Positions 20,896 through 30,844 of a stretch of DNA of 64,000 bases are shown here, piece by piece. This DNA comes from a virus (lineage: Duplodnaviria; Caudoviricetes), in IMG/VR virus record IMGVR_UViG_2576861683_000003, positions 33,400 to 97,399 of that record; one strand, written 5' to 3'. A model generated the notes under the pieces. It searched no databases. It saw nothing but the letters and a program-made list of their open reading frames with translations, and was not told the DNA's origin. Position numbers and translations under genes: made by a program. Each line of letters opens with the position of its first letter. Within the stretch, counting starts at the first letter, position 1.

Positions 20896-21003
20896 TTAAC
20901 ACTTACGTTTTATTCATTGTTTGTTTGGTTTTGCTACATTAGGCTACTTTTAATACAAAAATACGCATCAACACGTTACACGTACTCATAAAAAATCCTG
21001 TAA

Positions 21004-21031
21004 CAAAAACGGGAACCCTTAAGTTCCCGTA
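21004..21031. terminator. Hairpin downstream of icd 3' copy
   Basis: ACGGGAAC-CCTTAA-GTTCCCGT stem with U tract on minus strand. Confidence 0.75.
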
Positions 21032-21054
21032 ATCAATTCACAACACTAATTATA

Positions 21055-21219
21055 TTACATATGTTTGATAATCGCGTCACCAAACTCGCTACATTTCAGC
21101 AGTTTAGCACCTTCTAATTGACGTTCGAAATCATAAGTGACAGTCTTAGCAGCAATCGCGCCTTCCATACCTTTAATGATTAAGTCAGCGGCTTCTGTCC
21201 AACCCATGTGGCGTAGCAT
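21055..21219 (-). pseudogene. icd: Displaced 3' end of isocitrate dehydrogenase (icdC-like), att junction
   Basis: Translates [54 protein letters not shown]; icd similarity stops abruptly at ~21220. Confidence 0.93.
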
Positions 21220-21305
21220 TATATAAACCCGCTATCATTAACTAATTGTTTATTAAGGTATATTTACTCTTGTTTGGTTCAAAAGACCATGAATATGCCT
21301 TTTTA

Positions 21306-21318
21306 TAACTAGTTGATT
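21306..21318 (-). promoter_or_regulatory. IHF consensus site in att arm of prophage 2
   Basis: AATCAACTAGTTA on minus strand, ~90 bp from the junction. Confidence 0.55.
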
Positions 21319-21424
21319 AACATAATGCTTTTATTGGTTTTGATAACCATGTGTATTATTTTATTACTATACTTATATCTGAGTGAACAACTAAATAATA
21401 TGTTAAGTTGAATGTAATAATAAA

Positions 21425-22411
21425 TTACTGTTTTGATTTTAAAATATCCTTTAATATTAATAAAATATTTTTTTCTTCATTCATTTCTATTCTATCTCTT
21501 TCTAAAGATACTGTTGACTGTCCTTTTTCAAGAATAAAATTTCTTTCTGTTTTAATAAGTTCATTTAAAATATCTATTTTTAATTCTTCATTTTTTATAT
21601 CATTTAAAATTCTTATTCCTAAAAATTTAGAATCAATATTAGTTAATTCATTCTGAAAATACTTCACCTCTTCAAATCCATTTTTATAAAGTCTTAAGAA
21701 AAAATAAGCAAAAATCTCAATAAGAATAACAAATAAAACTCTAGGTATAATATGAAATAAATATAATATTTTATCAGTAATAACAACTGGCTCTGTTACC
21801 ACATATCCAAGATACACAATGCCGACTATTGCAATAGCCACACCAACAACTAAATTGACTCCTCCCCTTCTATTTAATCTATCTATTTCCCCTTGTAATC
21901 TACGTGTTATATTTTCCTGATATCTAAATAAACTAATTCTATCTTTATAATTTTTTACATCTTCTCGTAAACTGATATTTGCTGCTTTTATCGTATTATT
22001 GATGATTCTTTTTTTAGCTTGAGATATTAGCTTCTCTTTTTCATCATTAGTTAAATCAATACTTTCTGTATTCTGTGCAAGATTTGAAATCTTCTCATTC
22101 AATTCCATTTTAATAGAAGCAATCTCAGTTTTTATTATTTTTAATATATCCCTCTTATCATAGTCATCACTATTTATACCACGCCCTATTCCACGATTAA
22201 CATATGTAATTAAGATAGCACTAATTGTTGCAACAATAACAGATATAAAAAAAACCTTATAATTATCAATCAAATAAATAACCCTTTCTTTATAAAATTG
22301 GCTCAAACTCATAAAAAATACAACAAAAAAAATACTGCTAAGTAATATAGTCAAAACTATTATATATTTTCTCAAATAACACCCCTTATAAACATAAATA
22401 TTTTTAGCCAA
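21425..22411 (-). CDS. Hypothetical membrane protein (2TM - coiled coil - 2TM)
   Basis: 328 aa, very AT-rich; C-terminal IEIFAYFFLRLYK...KYFQNELTN. Confidence 0.7.
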   Translation of the reverse strand: MAKNIYVYKGCYLRKYIIVLTILLSSIFFVVFFMSLSQFYKERVIYLIDNYKVFFISVIVATISAILITYVNRGIGRGINSDDYDKRDILKIIKTEIASIKMELNEKISNLAQNTESIDLTNDEKEKLISQAKKRIINNTIKAANISLREDVKNYKDRISLFRYQENITRRLQGEIDRLNRRGGVNLVVGVAIAIVGIVYLGYVVTEPVVITDKILYLFHIIPRVLFVILIEIFAYFFLRLYKNGFEEVKYFQNELTNIDSKFLGIRILNDIKNEELKIDILNELIKTERNFILEKGQSTVSLERDRIEMNEEKNILLILKDILKSKQ

Positions 22412-22449
22412 TTTAATAACTAGAGTATTATACTAAAAATTATTTCGTT

Positions 22450-22498
22450 GTCATGGGGTGTCAGAGATATAGGTTCAAACCCTATAACACAAAACAAA
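22450..22498 (+). pseudogene. Degenerate 3' half of tRNA-Pro(GGG), probable fossil att
   Basis: GTCATGGGGTGTC matches the enterobacterial tRNA-Pro(GGG) anticodon arm as recalled, then T-arm ATAGG-TTCAAAC-CCTAT; no 5' half, no CCA. Confidence 0.65.
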
Positions 22499-22958
22499 AT
22501 TAACCATGAAATCAACCACTTATTTTTTTTGATTTTATGACTAAAATTGCTTAGTATAAAAAAACATCAAATTCACCTTATTTAAAACCCACTTATCGCT
22601 CTATTCCTATGCTATAATTACTCTAAAATACATTAATATAGCTTATAAAGAATTTACAGAAGTAACACAAGAAGATAAAAACAACGTTATTCTATCTGTA
22701 AGTAGTGTTGCATATAAAAATAATTAGCGTTTTATTGTGTAAGAAACAAGAAGTTGCCTGATGCGAAATCGATGCAATACTTGAAAATGGAATAATAATC
22801 ATCAGTTAATATTTGAGTTAATAAATTTTTATAGAATATAACTAAGTTTGGCTATCAGCCTTGAGCAAGAAGCCAGCAATTTTTCTATAAAGCACTTTTA
22901 TCTTTTCAATACAACATGCAGAAATTCAATCAATTACTATCTTATTTTGAGGATTTAT

Positions 22959-23969
22959 ATGACTCCACAATTACTAAAATTTCACTCTGAAACTCCAGTA
23001 TTGATGATGCCAAATGCTCCCTCCGTACTAAAAAATAAAAGATTAGATGGCACTGAAATGCTTTTTACACCTACTCGGGGGGATAAAGTTCATATTTCGG
23101 GCATTTCAAGAGATTATCACCTTTATATCATGGCCTCCAGAATATCTTCATCCTTTAACACTACCGCTGAATGGAACGCTCATCATAAAAAGATTGATTG
23201 TGAAATTATTTTCCACACTTTTCCTACCGAAACTATAGTTAAAGCTGAGATATTATTTGATGGTAGTTCACCGTATCCAATTCCATCCATAATCGATGTA
23301 TCTTGCATAAAATCAGTAAAACCAATTCAATACGATAATCTAGGTTATTTTGTAGGACTCGAGTTCACTTATACTGATCCCAATAAAGAAAGTAATAGTT
23401 TCTTTTTAAACGCGGGTCTCATGCCTTTTTTAAAGTTAATAAATCCTCCAAAATTTCTTACTGATTTCAACATTGAATACATTGGAATAGCTTGTGGACC
23501 TAGTGGAACAAGGAATGTATTTCAGAGAGCAAACGCACATGAAAAAGCCGTAGAGATTCAAGCGGATATAATACAAAAAAAAGGAAACCGTTCCCTTTAC
23601 ATTTTTGCTTATAACCCAGAGTTTGTTGTTTTAAATAAACGTGGTCCTTCGATAACCACTTCCAGAGATATGATAGTATCTTTAGTCAAAGGAGGAGCCA
23701 ACAGCATTTATGAGGCAATGGAAGCAAGTTTGATTGCTTACTTTCAGCCTGAATATAATACAGAGTTTAAAGATTTTCCCTCGAAACGACCACATTGGTT
23801 AACTGGGAAAATTAATTCGTTTGATGGCATAGTTCTAAATATCAATGAGATAGAAGTTAAGCTTGTTTCCGATTACTCTAATATCATAGCTTCACCATGG
23901 ACATTTGGCCAATTTTCAACTGCTGCTCAACCAGCGCGTCCAGAACATATTGTGAATATAAATGTTTAA
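22959..23969 (+). CDS. Hypothetical protein with GIY-YIG-like C-terminal motifs
   Basis: YIG...QR...HEK...EASLIAYFQPEYN; GAGGA RBS before ATG 22959; hairpin ATGTGGC-ACAC-GCCACAT at 24013-24030. Confidence 0.55.
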   Translation: MTPQLLKFHSETPVLMMPNAPSVLKNKRLDGTEMLFTPTRGDKVHISGISRDYHLYIMASRISSSFNTTAEWNAHHKKIDCEIIFHTFPTETIVKAEILFDGSSPYPIPSIIDVSCIKSVKPIQYDNLGYFVGLEFTYTDPNKESNSFFLNAGLMPFLKLINPPKFLTDFNIEYIGIACGPSGTRNVFQRANAHEKAVEIQADIIQKKGNRSLYIFAYNPEFVVLNKRGPSITTSRDMIVSLVKGGANSIYEAMEASLIAYFQPEYNTEFKDFPSKRPHWLTGKINSFDGIVLNINEIEVKLVSDYSNIIASPWTFGQFSTAAQPARPEHIVNINV

Positions 23970-24161
23970 ATTGTCTTTAAGCACCAAGTTGATTTCATCT
24001 TTTTGATAAATGATGTGGCACACGCCACATAAAATCATCTTAATAGCACATTCACTCTTGTCTCAAAGTTAAATACTAACTAGGATATTTGACGTTGAGC
24101 TGTCACAGCATGGATTTTAATCTGAGCCAATACAATTAATTATTAAAGCAATTCATCATCT

Positions 24162-25841
24162 TCACTTAAATCTAAATGCTCTTTCATCTTGCCTACACAC
24201 CTCTTCCATCTCACGCATTCTCACGTTATAGATTGATTGCTCTGGCATCTGTACACGAACAGAAATAAAGCGACCATCAGGGATATCAATTGGGTCGCCG
24301 TCATTGAAGCCGTCAATATCATTGTTGGCAAACTCTGGTGCATTAGGGTGAGTACGGTGATACGTTTTAACGAGAATAGAGCCGTCCTCATTTACTTTAT
24401 AGTCAACCCATATCAACGGTTGTTTATTAACATCAAGTGGAATTTCAAGACCACCATCGACACCGCCCCAACCTGCATCTGAATTAAAACCGAGCACACC
24501 TTCAATGAGATATTCACCCTTTGCTACTCGAGTAACCGTAGCGCCTTCTGATTCATCGTTAGTGGTGAAGGTGCCGTCAGGATTGATGTCGATGATTGGA
24601 GAGGCGCGTTTAATAAAACCATTGCTATCAGTTGTTGTATTAGCCTCGCTATATATCTTCCTTACTCTAGTAAACCCATCACTAATACGGACATCTGAAG
24701 TATATGAATATGTAACGCCATTTGACGCATTAACAAATAAACCGGCCTTAATTGTTGAATTATAAGCAAGGTGAATGCCGCACCCATGATTTGTAAAGAG
24801 GTTAGTCCCGCTACCACCACCCTGCATAAAAAAAGAAGTGTGATGGGTGTTTTTTAAATCATCATTAGTAAATGTTGGGTTTATAGAACCTAAACCATAA
24901 TCACCAACTAGCATTAGTGTTCCACCTTTCCTTTCTGGAAATCTAATACTATTACCAGAACCATCATAGGAAAGATAAAATCCGTAAGGAACACCCTTTT
25001 CAGCTCTCAATAACCCAAAATAATTTGTTGGATTAGACTTATCCGAACTATAAAGCCCTTGGTAAGACATTAACTGACCATTAAATCTCTGAGTTTCTGA
25101 GTTTGTCAAAGAGGCTAATACAGACCAATCAGACCAAGCTTTTGCGTTTACGCGAATCCTATTAGCAAGCAATGGAGCTTGTACAGTACCACCCGACTGT
25201 ATTTGTAAAACAGATCCAGTCCCATCCCCGCCTTGTCTTGTAGAAACAATAAGAGGCTTATATGGTTCAAAATAGTTAGCTGAATTAGCTCCACCAGCAC
25301 CATAAAAACCAGCAGAAGTTATATCGTTAGCGTCACGCGGTGTTAATGGTATGATAGGGCCATTATCAGCAGTTGCTCCAACACCAAAATCCCCAATATG
25401 TACTGTTTTATTATCATCCGCTTTTTTACTAATATCCCCTTGCATCTTCTTAATGCTATCTAGTGTAATAACTTCACCATTTGGCATTTCAATTTTTGTC
25501 TGCCCAGTCTGAGTCATCCATGTATTCATCGCATCGAGAAAATATTGCGTGTATGCATTTATGGCAACCATCGTTCTAGCTGCATCGCTATTATTATCAG
25601 GCTCAGTAATATGAATTGAAAATGTGGTGTTAGTTGCGGTAGCTAATGCAGGCTGTGCTAATACTAATTCAGTGTCGGAATTAACGGATTTAATCATGTA
25701 AGGAATATTCGTGTTTCCTGATTTAATTAAAATAGTCATTCCGATATTAATGGCTGGATTATTATTTTTAAATTTAGTGCCGGTTCCACGAACAATAGCA
25801 GACCCTGACACTGTGTTAACAGTGCCTGTTGTGTATATCAT
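24162..25841 (-). CDS. Tail fibre protein
   Basis: MIYTTGTV..VRGTGTKF N-terminus, GDFGVG/GDYGLG repeats, DSNGFIKRASP C-terminal domain; follows J. Confidence 0.85.
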   Translation of the reverse strand: MIYTTGTVNTVSGSAIVRGTGTKFKNNNPAINIGMTILIKSGNTNIPYMIKSVNSDTELVLAQPALATATNTTFSIHITEPDNNSDAARTMVAINAYTQYFLDAMNTWMTQTGQTKIEMPNGEVITLDSIKKMQGDISKKADDNKTVHIGDFGVGATADNGPIIPLTPRDANDITSAGFYGAGGANSANYFEPYKPLIVSTRQGGDGTGSVLQIQSGGTVQAPLLANRIRVNAKAWSDWSVLASLTNSETQRFNGQLMSYQGLYSSDKSNPTNYFGLLRAEKGVPYGFYLSYDGSGNSIRFPERKGGTLMLVGDYGLGSINPTFTNDDLKNTHHTSFFMQGGGSGTNLFTNHGCGIHLAYNSTIKAGLFVNASNGVTYSYTSDVRISDGFTRVRKIYSEANTTTDSNGFIKRASPIIDINPDGTFTTNDESEGATVTRVAKGEYLIEGVLGFNSDAGWGGVDGGLEIPLDVNKQPLIWVDYKVNEDGSILVKTYHRTHPNAPEFANNDIDGFNDGDPIDIPDGRFISVRVQMPEQSIYNVRMREMEEVCRQDERAFRFK

Positions 25842-25852
25842 GATTTATTTCC

Positions 25853-28800
25853 TTATTGCTTGCAGGCTAATAGTGTTATTTTGAAATATCTATCTTCGCT
25901 GTCATATCTAAATACACCCGGTGTATTCGCTTTTAACGTTGTTGATGGTGAATTCCAATAATAAAAATCATCGACTCGTCCACCATTTTTAATTTCAAAA
26001 AATTTATCATCGTTTAGCCATAATCGACACCACTTGCTATTATGTGTCGTCGCTATGGTAACTACTTGAATAACGCGGTCAAAAGATTGTGGTGGTATCG
26101 TAATTGTTTCTCCATTACCAAGAGAATAAAACTTAACTATGTCACCTTCGATATTCTCCACTTTTAAAGTGCCCTTAATTTCACAATCTTTATCAATAAT
26201 TACATTATTCATTGTGCCTTTAGTGGCTTTAATTTCTCCTCTAAATTTTGCATTATCAAATTCAGCGTATCCATTTTTATTAATTATCCAGCCTGATTTT
26301 CCCGACACATAATTATTTGATTGAATAACATTTCCTATTTTTGCATTTGTAATCGAGCCATCTTCGATAAATAAATCTCGAACGAAGAACTGCCCATTTT
26401 TGGCATACATGAATAATTCCATCTTGCCATTTGCAGGGTTATACCAAGCAAAGTTATTTGCGTTATAACCAAAGAATGATTCCAGTTTTCCATTCTTAAC
26501 CTGAGCACTAATTACTTGTCCTGCTGCATTGTATTTCACGTTGTTATGAACAATCGTGATATTAATGGAATGAGTGACAACACCGTCACCGGTCTGACTA
26601 AATTCAGCCTGCATTTTTTGGTTAATCATGCCCTGCTGTTCACCAAATTGGGCTTGTACCTGTTCTTCGGATTTAGCCATTGCTTTATTCGTTTCAGATA
26701 TCGCTTCTTTGTTTGTCACAATATCCGCAGCAATACGCCCCATTTCCTTATCTGTATTGCCTAACTTCTGATTGGTGTCGGCTAAATTTTGGTTAGTTGT
26801 TTTTAACTCTGTGCGGATCTCCGTAGTTGTTTGACCGAAAGCTTTATTTAGCTCGGTAATTGACGTTTGAGTCTCTTTAATTGCAGACGTGTTATCACCA
26901 ACAGCAGAATAGATTTCTTTAACTTCCTGTGCCCATGCTTCGTTATCCGTTGCACGAACTTGCCATAGCTCTTTGATTCCAGCTTGTGATTGACCGTGTT
27001 TCACTAACAAACTGCGTGATAGTTGAGAGTCAGCATTACTAAGAATAATTGCTGTCTCAGCATTCCAATCCAAGCGTTCACTGAGTTGCCGACCGGCTTC
27101 TGATGACATGAAGTGCCCATCAAGCTCTGGCAATATTGTACCTACATCAAACTCCGATTCTCCCCGAATAAACTCAGTCCATTCAGATTGATTGCCTGTT
27201 TTATCCACCAGCCTTGCTCTAAAATAAAACGCTACACCTGCTGATAAACCTGCCATTTCATAGGTTTTAGATGGGTAAGGAACATCAGATAACAGCATCA
27301 GACCTTCACCATCATTCGTTTTGCTGTACTGGATTTCAGTTTTTAATGTATCACTGGTGTTTTCACCAAATCCCCAGTCTAGCTTAATGCCAAATACTAA
27401 GGGCGACGCTCTAAAGTTAACCGGTTTGGGTGGGTTACCCATTTTTCCGGTTAACGTTTTTTCGTCAGAATATCCCCATCCGCTTGAGATCTCAGAAGCA
27501 TTAATAGCTCGAACACGGACTAAATATCGACCGGCATAAACATTAGGAACCTCAATAGAGTTAATGGAGCTTCGAGGCATATTGACCCAATTGCCTTCGT
27601 TTCTACGCCATTGCGCTTCATAAGAGATTGCATTTTCAACTTGTGACCACTGTGCTCGCATCGTTTCAATGCTAACGCCTTGGCTTACAATGGAGTAAGA
27701 GTCGATGACAATATTTTTCGGGGCTTGCTGGTTATTAGGAGGAATAACACTAATGGGCCTTTCATCAATCAATGCGCCAGAATCAACATGTTCATATTTA
27801 CTGGGATCATGCTGAATGGCTGTAATAGTAAATTGATTAGACTCATTTTCTGTAACACTAACAACGCGATATTGTTGCGCATACAGCTCTTCTGATTCGA
27901 CAACCCAAACACATTCTGCCTCTGGTGTCTCACTGTATTCCGTTGTAACCGTGATCACCTTCCCTGATACTGTTTGTATCGTTCTTGCTTGCGATTGCCC
28001 TGAAGGAAGATTGAGAATTAAGCGATCACCACTCACAGCACTTGAAACGCGATCTAACGTGATATTTCTGCCATCGATGGCACTTACTCGACCGCCAGTG
28101 ACTTTTCCTGACAACAGTTCATCAGCAACAGCGATAATGTAACCGGGTTGCGGAATGTTCCCATCTAACCCGACAGAGAATGTCACCATTCTGTCTTTAT
28201 TGTTTGTCAGTATTCCCCAACGCCCTTTCCTGTTTGCCTCACTTTGCCGGGTGCAACCAATTGCGGTAACTTCTAATTGATTAAACCCAAACCGAGAAAC
28301 TAAATCAGGTTCAAACACTGGCTCCATTGCATCAGCATATCCATTTTGCGGATCTGAATACGAAACCAATGCTGTGGAATACTTTTCTTTACTGCTACTG
28401 CTTGAATAAATAAATTTTCCATCAATCACATTGGCTCGGGTATAGCTATAATCAATATCACGAGGCATATCCGCTAATGTTACAATCTGACCGCCCCCCC
28501 AATAGGTCATTCCTCGAAAGATGGCGGCAAAGTCACGTAACACGTTATACGCTTCATTTCTATCTTGCACATAAACATCACAGACATAACGAGGTTCTGT
28601 GCCATCACCACCTTTCCCATCGGGTACCAATTGATCACAATACTGCGCTATACGGTATAACTCCCATTTATCAATCTGTTGTTGATTTATTCGTTGTCCA
28701 AGACCAAATCTATCGGAAATAACAATATCGTAGAAAACCCATGCGGGGTTATTGGTCCATGCCCATTTAAAGGAACCATCCCATACGCCCGTGTAGGTGC

Positions 28801-29584
28801 GATCAATAGGATTGTAATTTGAGGGTATTCGGATTATGCGCCCTTTCGGTTTGCACGTTATTTGCGGAATAGAACCGTTGAATTGTTTAGAGTCGAATTC
28901 GATATAAAGTAACGCTGTATGAGGATAGGTAAACTTAGCATCAATGACTTCAGTGTAACTTTGCAAAACAACCGTATCACCGATTTTACTGCTATTAGCA
29001 TCATTAGAAACTTTTCTAACACGTAGTGACCATGATGTTGTCGATTCAGATAAATCAATTCTGTGTGCTCGCTCATAACCTGATGTCGTTTTTCCTTTCA
29101 CGGCACTATCAATAACGGTTTTCCAACTACCACCATCAGTTTGTAAATCAATGGCGTATTTAACTTCATTACCCACCAAATCCCCATTATCTTCTTGCTT
29201 GAATAATGAAGGCCACTTTAGACGAACCCGAATAGCTGATAATTGTGAATTGGTAAATGTGTGAACCCACGGTGTTTTACTCGAAATCGTTGAGCCAACA
29301 TTGATCTCATTTTCAGCACTAGGTAATCCTTGAATATAAGTCTGTGCTTGTGTGCCTGGTCTAAAATCCCACGTCACACCACTAAAATTTGCATTTCCTT
29401 CAGTGTCTTCTAACGGTGTGCCATCAAGGAAGATATTTTGTGCCGTTAACTCTCCGGCAAATTCTCCCTCACCCAAGGCAATGAGTAACTTTGCTTTAGC
29501 AATAGATTGCAAATCATCAGGTTGCTCAACAGGCACACGAGGACTACCACCGCCCCCTTTTTGACCGTGAATTGTTTTTCTCAT
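25853..29584 (-). CDS. Tail tip / host-specificity protein J
   Basis: GQKGGG, GEGE, WTNNPAW, FN3-like and coiled-coil regions, IEDGSITNAKIG. Confidence 0.92.
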   Translation of the reverse strand: MRKTIHGQKGGGGSPRVPVEQPDDLQSIAKAKLLIALGEGEFAGELTAQNIFLDGTPLEDTEGNANFSGVTWDFRPGTQAQTYIQGLPSAENEINVGSTISSKTPWVHTFTNSQLSAIRVRLKWPSLFKQEDNGDLVGNEVKYAIDLQTDGGSWKTVIDSAVKGKTTSGYERAHRIDLSESTTSWSLRVRKVSNDANSSKIGDTVVLQSYTEVIDAKFTYPHTALLYIEFDSKQFNGSIPQITCKPKGRIIRIPSNYNPIDRTYTGVWDGSFKWAWTNNPAWVFYDIVISDRFGLGQRINQQQIDKWELYRIAQYCDQLVPDGKGGDGTEPRYVCDVYVQDRNEAYNVLRDFAAIFRGMTYWGGGQIVTLADMPRDIDYSYTRANVIDGKFIYSSSSSKEKYSTALVSYSDPQNGYADAMEPVFEPDLVSRFGFNQLEVTAIGCTRQSEANRKGRWGILTNNKDRMVTFSVGLDGNIPQPGYIIAVADELLSGKVTGGRVSAIDGRNITLDRVSSAVSGDRLILNLPSGQSQARTIQTVSGKVITVTTEYSETPEAECVWVVESEELYAQQYRVVSVTENESNQFTITAIQHDPSKYEHVDSGALIDERPISVIPPNNQQAPKNIVIDSYSIVSQGVSIETMRAQWSQVENAISYEAQWRRNEGNWVNMPRSSINSIEVPNVYAGRYLVRVRAINASEISSGWGYSDEKTLTGKMGNPPKPVNFRASPLVFGIKLDWGFGENTSDTLKTEIQYSKTNDGEGLMLLSDVPYPSKTYEMAGLSAGVAFYFRARLVDKTGNQSEWTEFIRGESEFDVGTILPELDGHFMSSEAGRQLSERLDWNAETAIILSNADSQLSRSLLVKHGQSQAGIKELWQVRATDNEAWAQEVKEIYSAVGDNTSAIKETQTSITELNKAFGQTTTEIRTELKTTNQNLADTNQKLGNTDKEMGRIAADIVTNKEAISETNKAMAKSEEQVQAQFGEQQGMINQKMQAEFSQTGDGVVTHSINITIVHNNVKYNAAGQVISAQVKNGKLESFFGYNANNFAWYNPANGKMELFMYAKNGQFFVRDLFIEDGSITNAKIGNVIQSNNYVSGKSGWIINKNGYAEFDNAKFRGEIKATKGTMNNVIIDKDCEIKGTLKVENIEGDIVKFYSLGNGETITIPPQSFDRVIQVVTIATTHNSKWCRLWLNDDKFFEIKNGGRVDDFYYWNSPSTTLKANTPGVFRYDSEDRYFKITLLACKQ

Positions 29585-29603
29585 TAGATTATTCCAAATA
29601 GAT

Positions 29604-30197
29604 TTATTGCTGATCTTCTACATAAATACCTGCAGAAATGATGGCGCCACCAATAGTTCTTTCGCCATAGAGCACTGGCACTGGGTAACCTTGAGAAACG
29701 GTATTAGTAGGAGAGCCAAATGCATACGAAGGTTTGTTTTCACCCTGATCTTGCATTGCAAGACCTTTCGGCTGAGGTGAAAGCATTTGAATAACACCGC
29801 CGATAGCGACCGATGCGCCAACAGCAAACAAAAGGTTACTGGCCCATAATGCGGAACCCCAAGGTAGCCATATAGCGGCAGCAACAAGGACGGCACCAAA
29901 AATAGTCTGAAAAACACCCCCTCTTTTGCTCCCCATCACAATGGGAACGATACGAATAATTTCTTCTGATATCGGGAAATTAAGATCATCAACACCGATA
30001 TTCTTTTTCCCTTTAAATACGGCGTATGTTAATCCTCGTGATTTACTGGTATTTAAATACTGTTCAAATCCATTTAAGGTACAACAAAGTGCTCTGATTG
30101 CTTCTGATGTTGTCGTAATTATGCGCTGATGAGTTTTACCAAATGTTTTTCCTAATATTCCGCTTAACTCTATTGTTACCATCTTTTCTTCTTGCAT
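29604..30197 (-). CDS. Tail assembly protein I
   Basis: GSKRGGVFQ, QGYPVPVLYGERTIGGAIISAG. Confidence 0.9.
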   Translation of the reverse strand: MQEEKMVTIELSGILGKTFGKTHQRIITTTSEAIRALCCTLNGFEQYLNTSKSRGLTYAVFKGKKNIGVDDLNFPISEEIIRIVPIVMGSKRGGVFQTIFGAVLVAAAIWLPWGSALWASNLLFAVGASVAIGGVIQMLSPQPKGLAMQDQGENKPSYAFGSPTNTVSQGYPVPVLYGERTIGGAIISAGIYVEDQQ

Positions 30198-30253
30198 AAA
30201 AACTCCATAAAAAAACCCGCACTTGGCGGGTTATATTTAAGATGTTTGAATGA

Positions 30254-30754
30254 TTAATGATTTACTTTATTTTCAAAATCTTCAGTAAATTTTGATCTTA
30301 ATGATTCTGGAAAACCGTTTGTTATAGCGTTTATGTCCATTTTATAAAATGCTATTAACTGTGCTCCGTTATATGTAGGTTTTGATTTTTTCATTTCTTC
30401 GACAAATTTAGTTACTGCTTCTTCATCAAATTTCAGTCCATCACTTCCTCTAATAACAAAATTAGAAGCAGACCATTTACCTATATCAAAAAATTCACTT
30501 TCAATTGATTGATTATTTATTTGTTGATTATTAGTAAGAGATGATTTACCTCCTCTAATTTCTTCAACAATAGCGCCACAGCCTGCAAAAATAGAACCTA
30601 TTAACGTTAAAAAACAACCGATGGACATAGAAACTACTGCATTAGGAAATAATCTAACAGAATCATATTCCGTTTTAATATTCATTAATATTATCAATCC
30701 GATAATTATACTGATAACACCAATAGCAAATGTAAAAAAACCAAATTTTTTCAT
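30254..30754 (-). CDS. Moron membrane protein between tail K and I
   Basis: Two N-terminal TM; AT-rich; terminator AACCCGCCAAGTGCGGGTTTTTTT at ~30208-30232. Confidence 0.7.
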   Translation of the reverse strand: MKKFGFFTFAIGVISIIIGLIILMNIKTEYDSVRLFPNAVVSMSIGCFLTLIGSIFAGCGAIVEEIRGGKSSLTNNQQINNQSIESEFFDIGKWSASNFVIRGSDGLKFDEEAVTKFVEEMKKSKPTYNGAQLIAFYKMDINAITNGFPESLRSKFTEDFENKVNH

Positions 30755-30844
30755 TATTACTCCATATCAGTTTTTATAATTAAACGTGAACATGTTAATA
30801 ATTTGATAATAAGAATGAAAGGCAAATATAGAAATAAATACTTT

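Larger units (their letters stand above)
1..21219. mobile_element. Degenerate lambdoid prophage 1 at icd (continues beyond left edge)
   Basis: int-xis-cI-rep-Q-MTase-lysis-terminase-portal-capsid order; int ends ~300 bp from an icd 3' copy; Q frameshifted, no holin or cro. Confidence 0.9.

Noticed and set aside
1-21219. Prophage 1 as a PICI/P4-type satellite
   Set aside because: It has its own large terminase, portal, capsid, Q and lysis genes in lambdoid order, with no AlpA/primase signature
21055-21219. Functional icd gene
   Set aside because: Only the last 54 codons are present
22450-22498. Functional tRNA
   Set aside because: No 5' half, broken acceptor stem, no CCA
24162-25841. Invertible tail fibre or diversity-generating retroelement
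   Set aside because: No invertase, reverse transcriptase or duplicated variable segment seen
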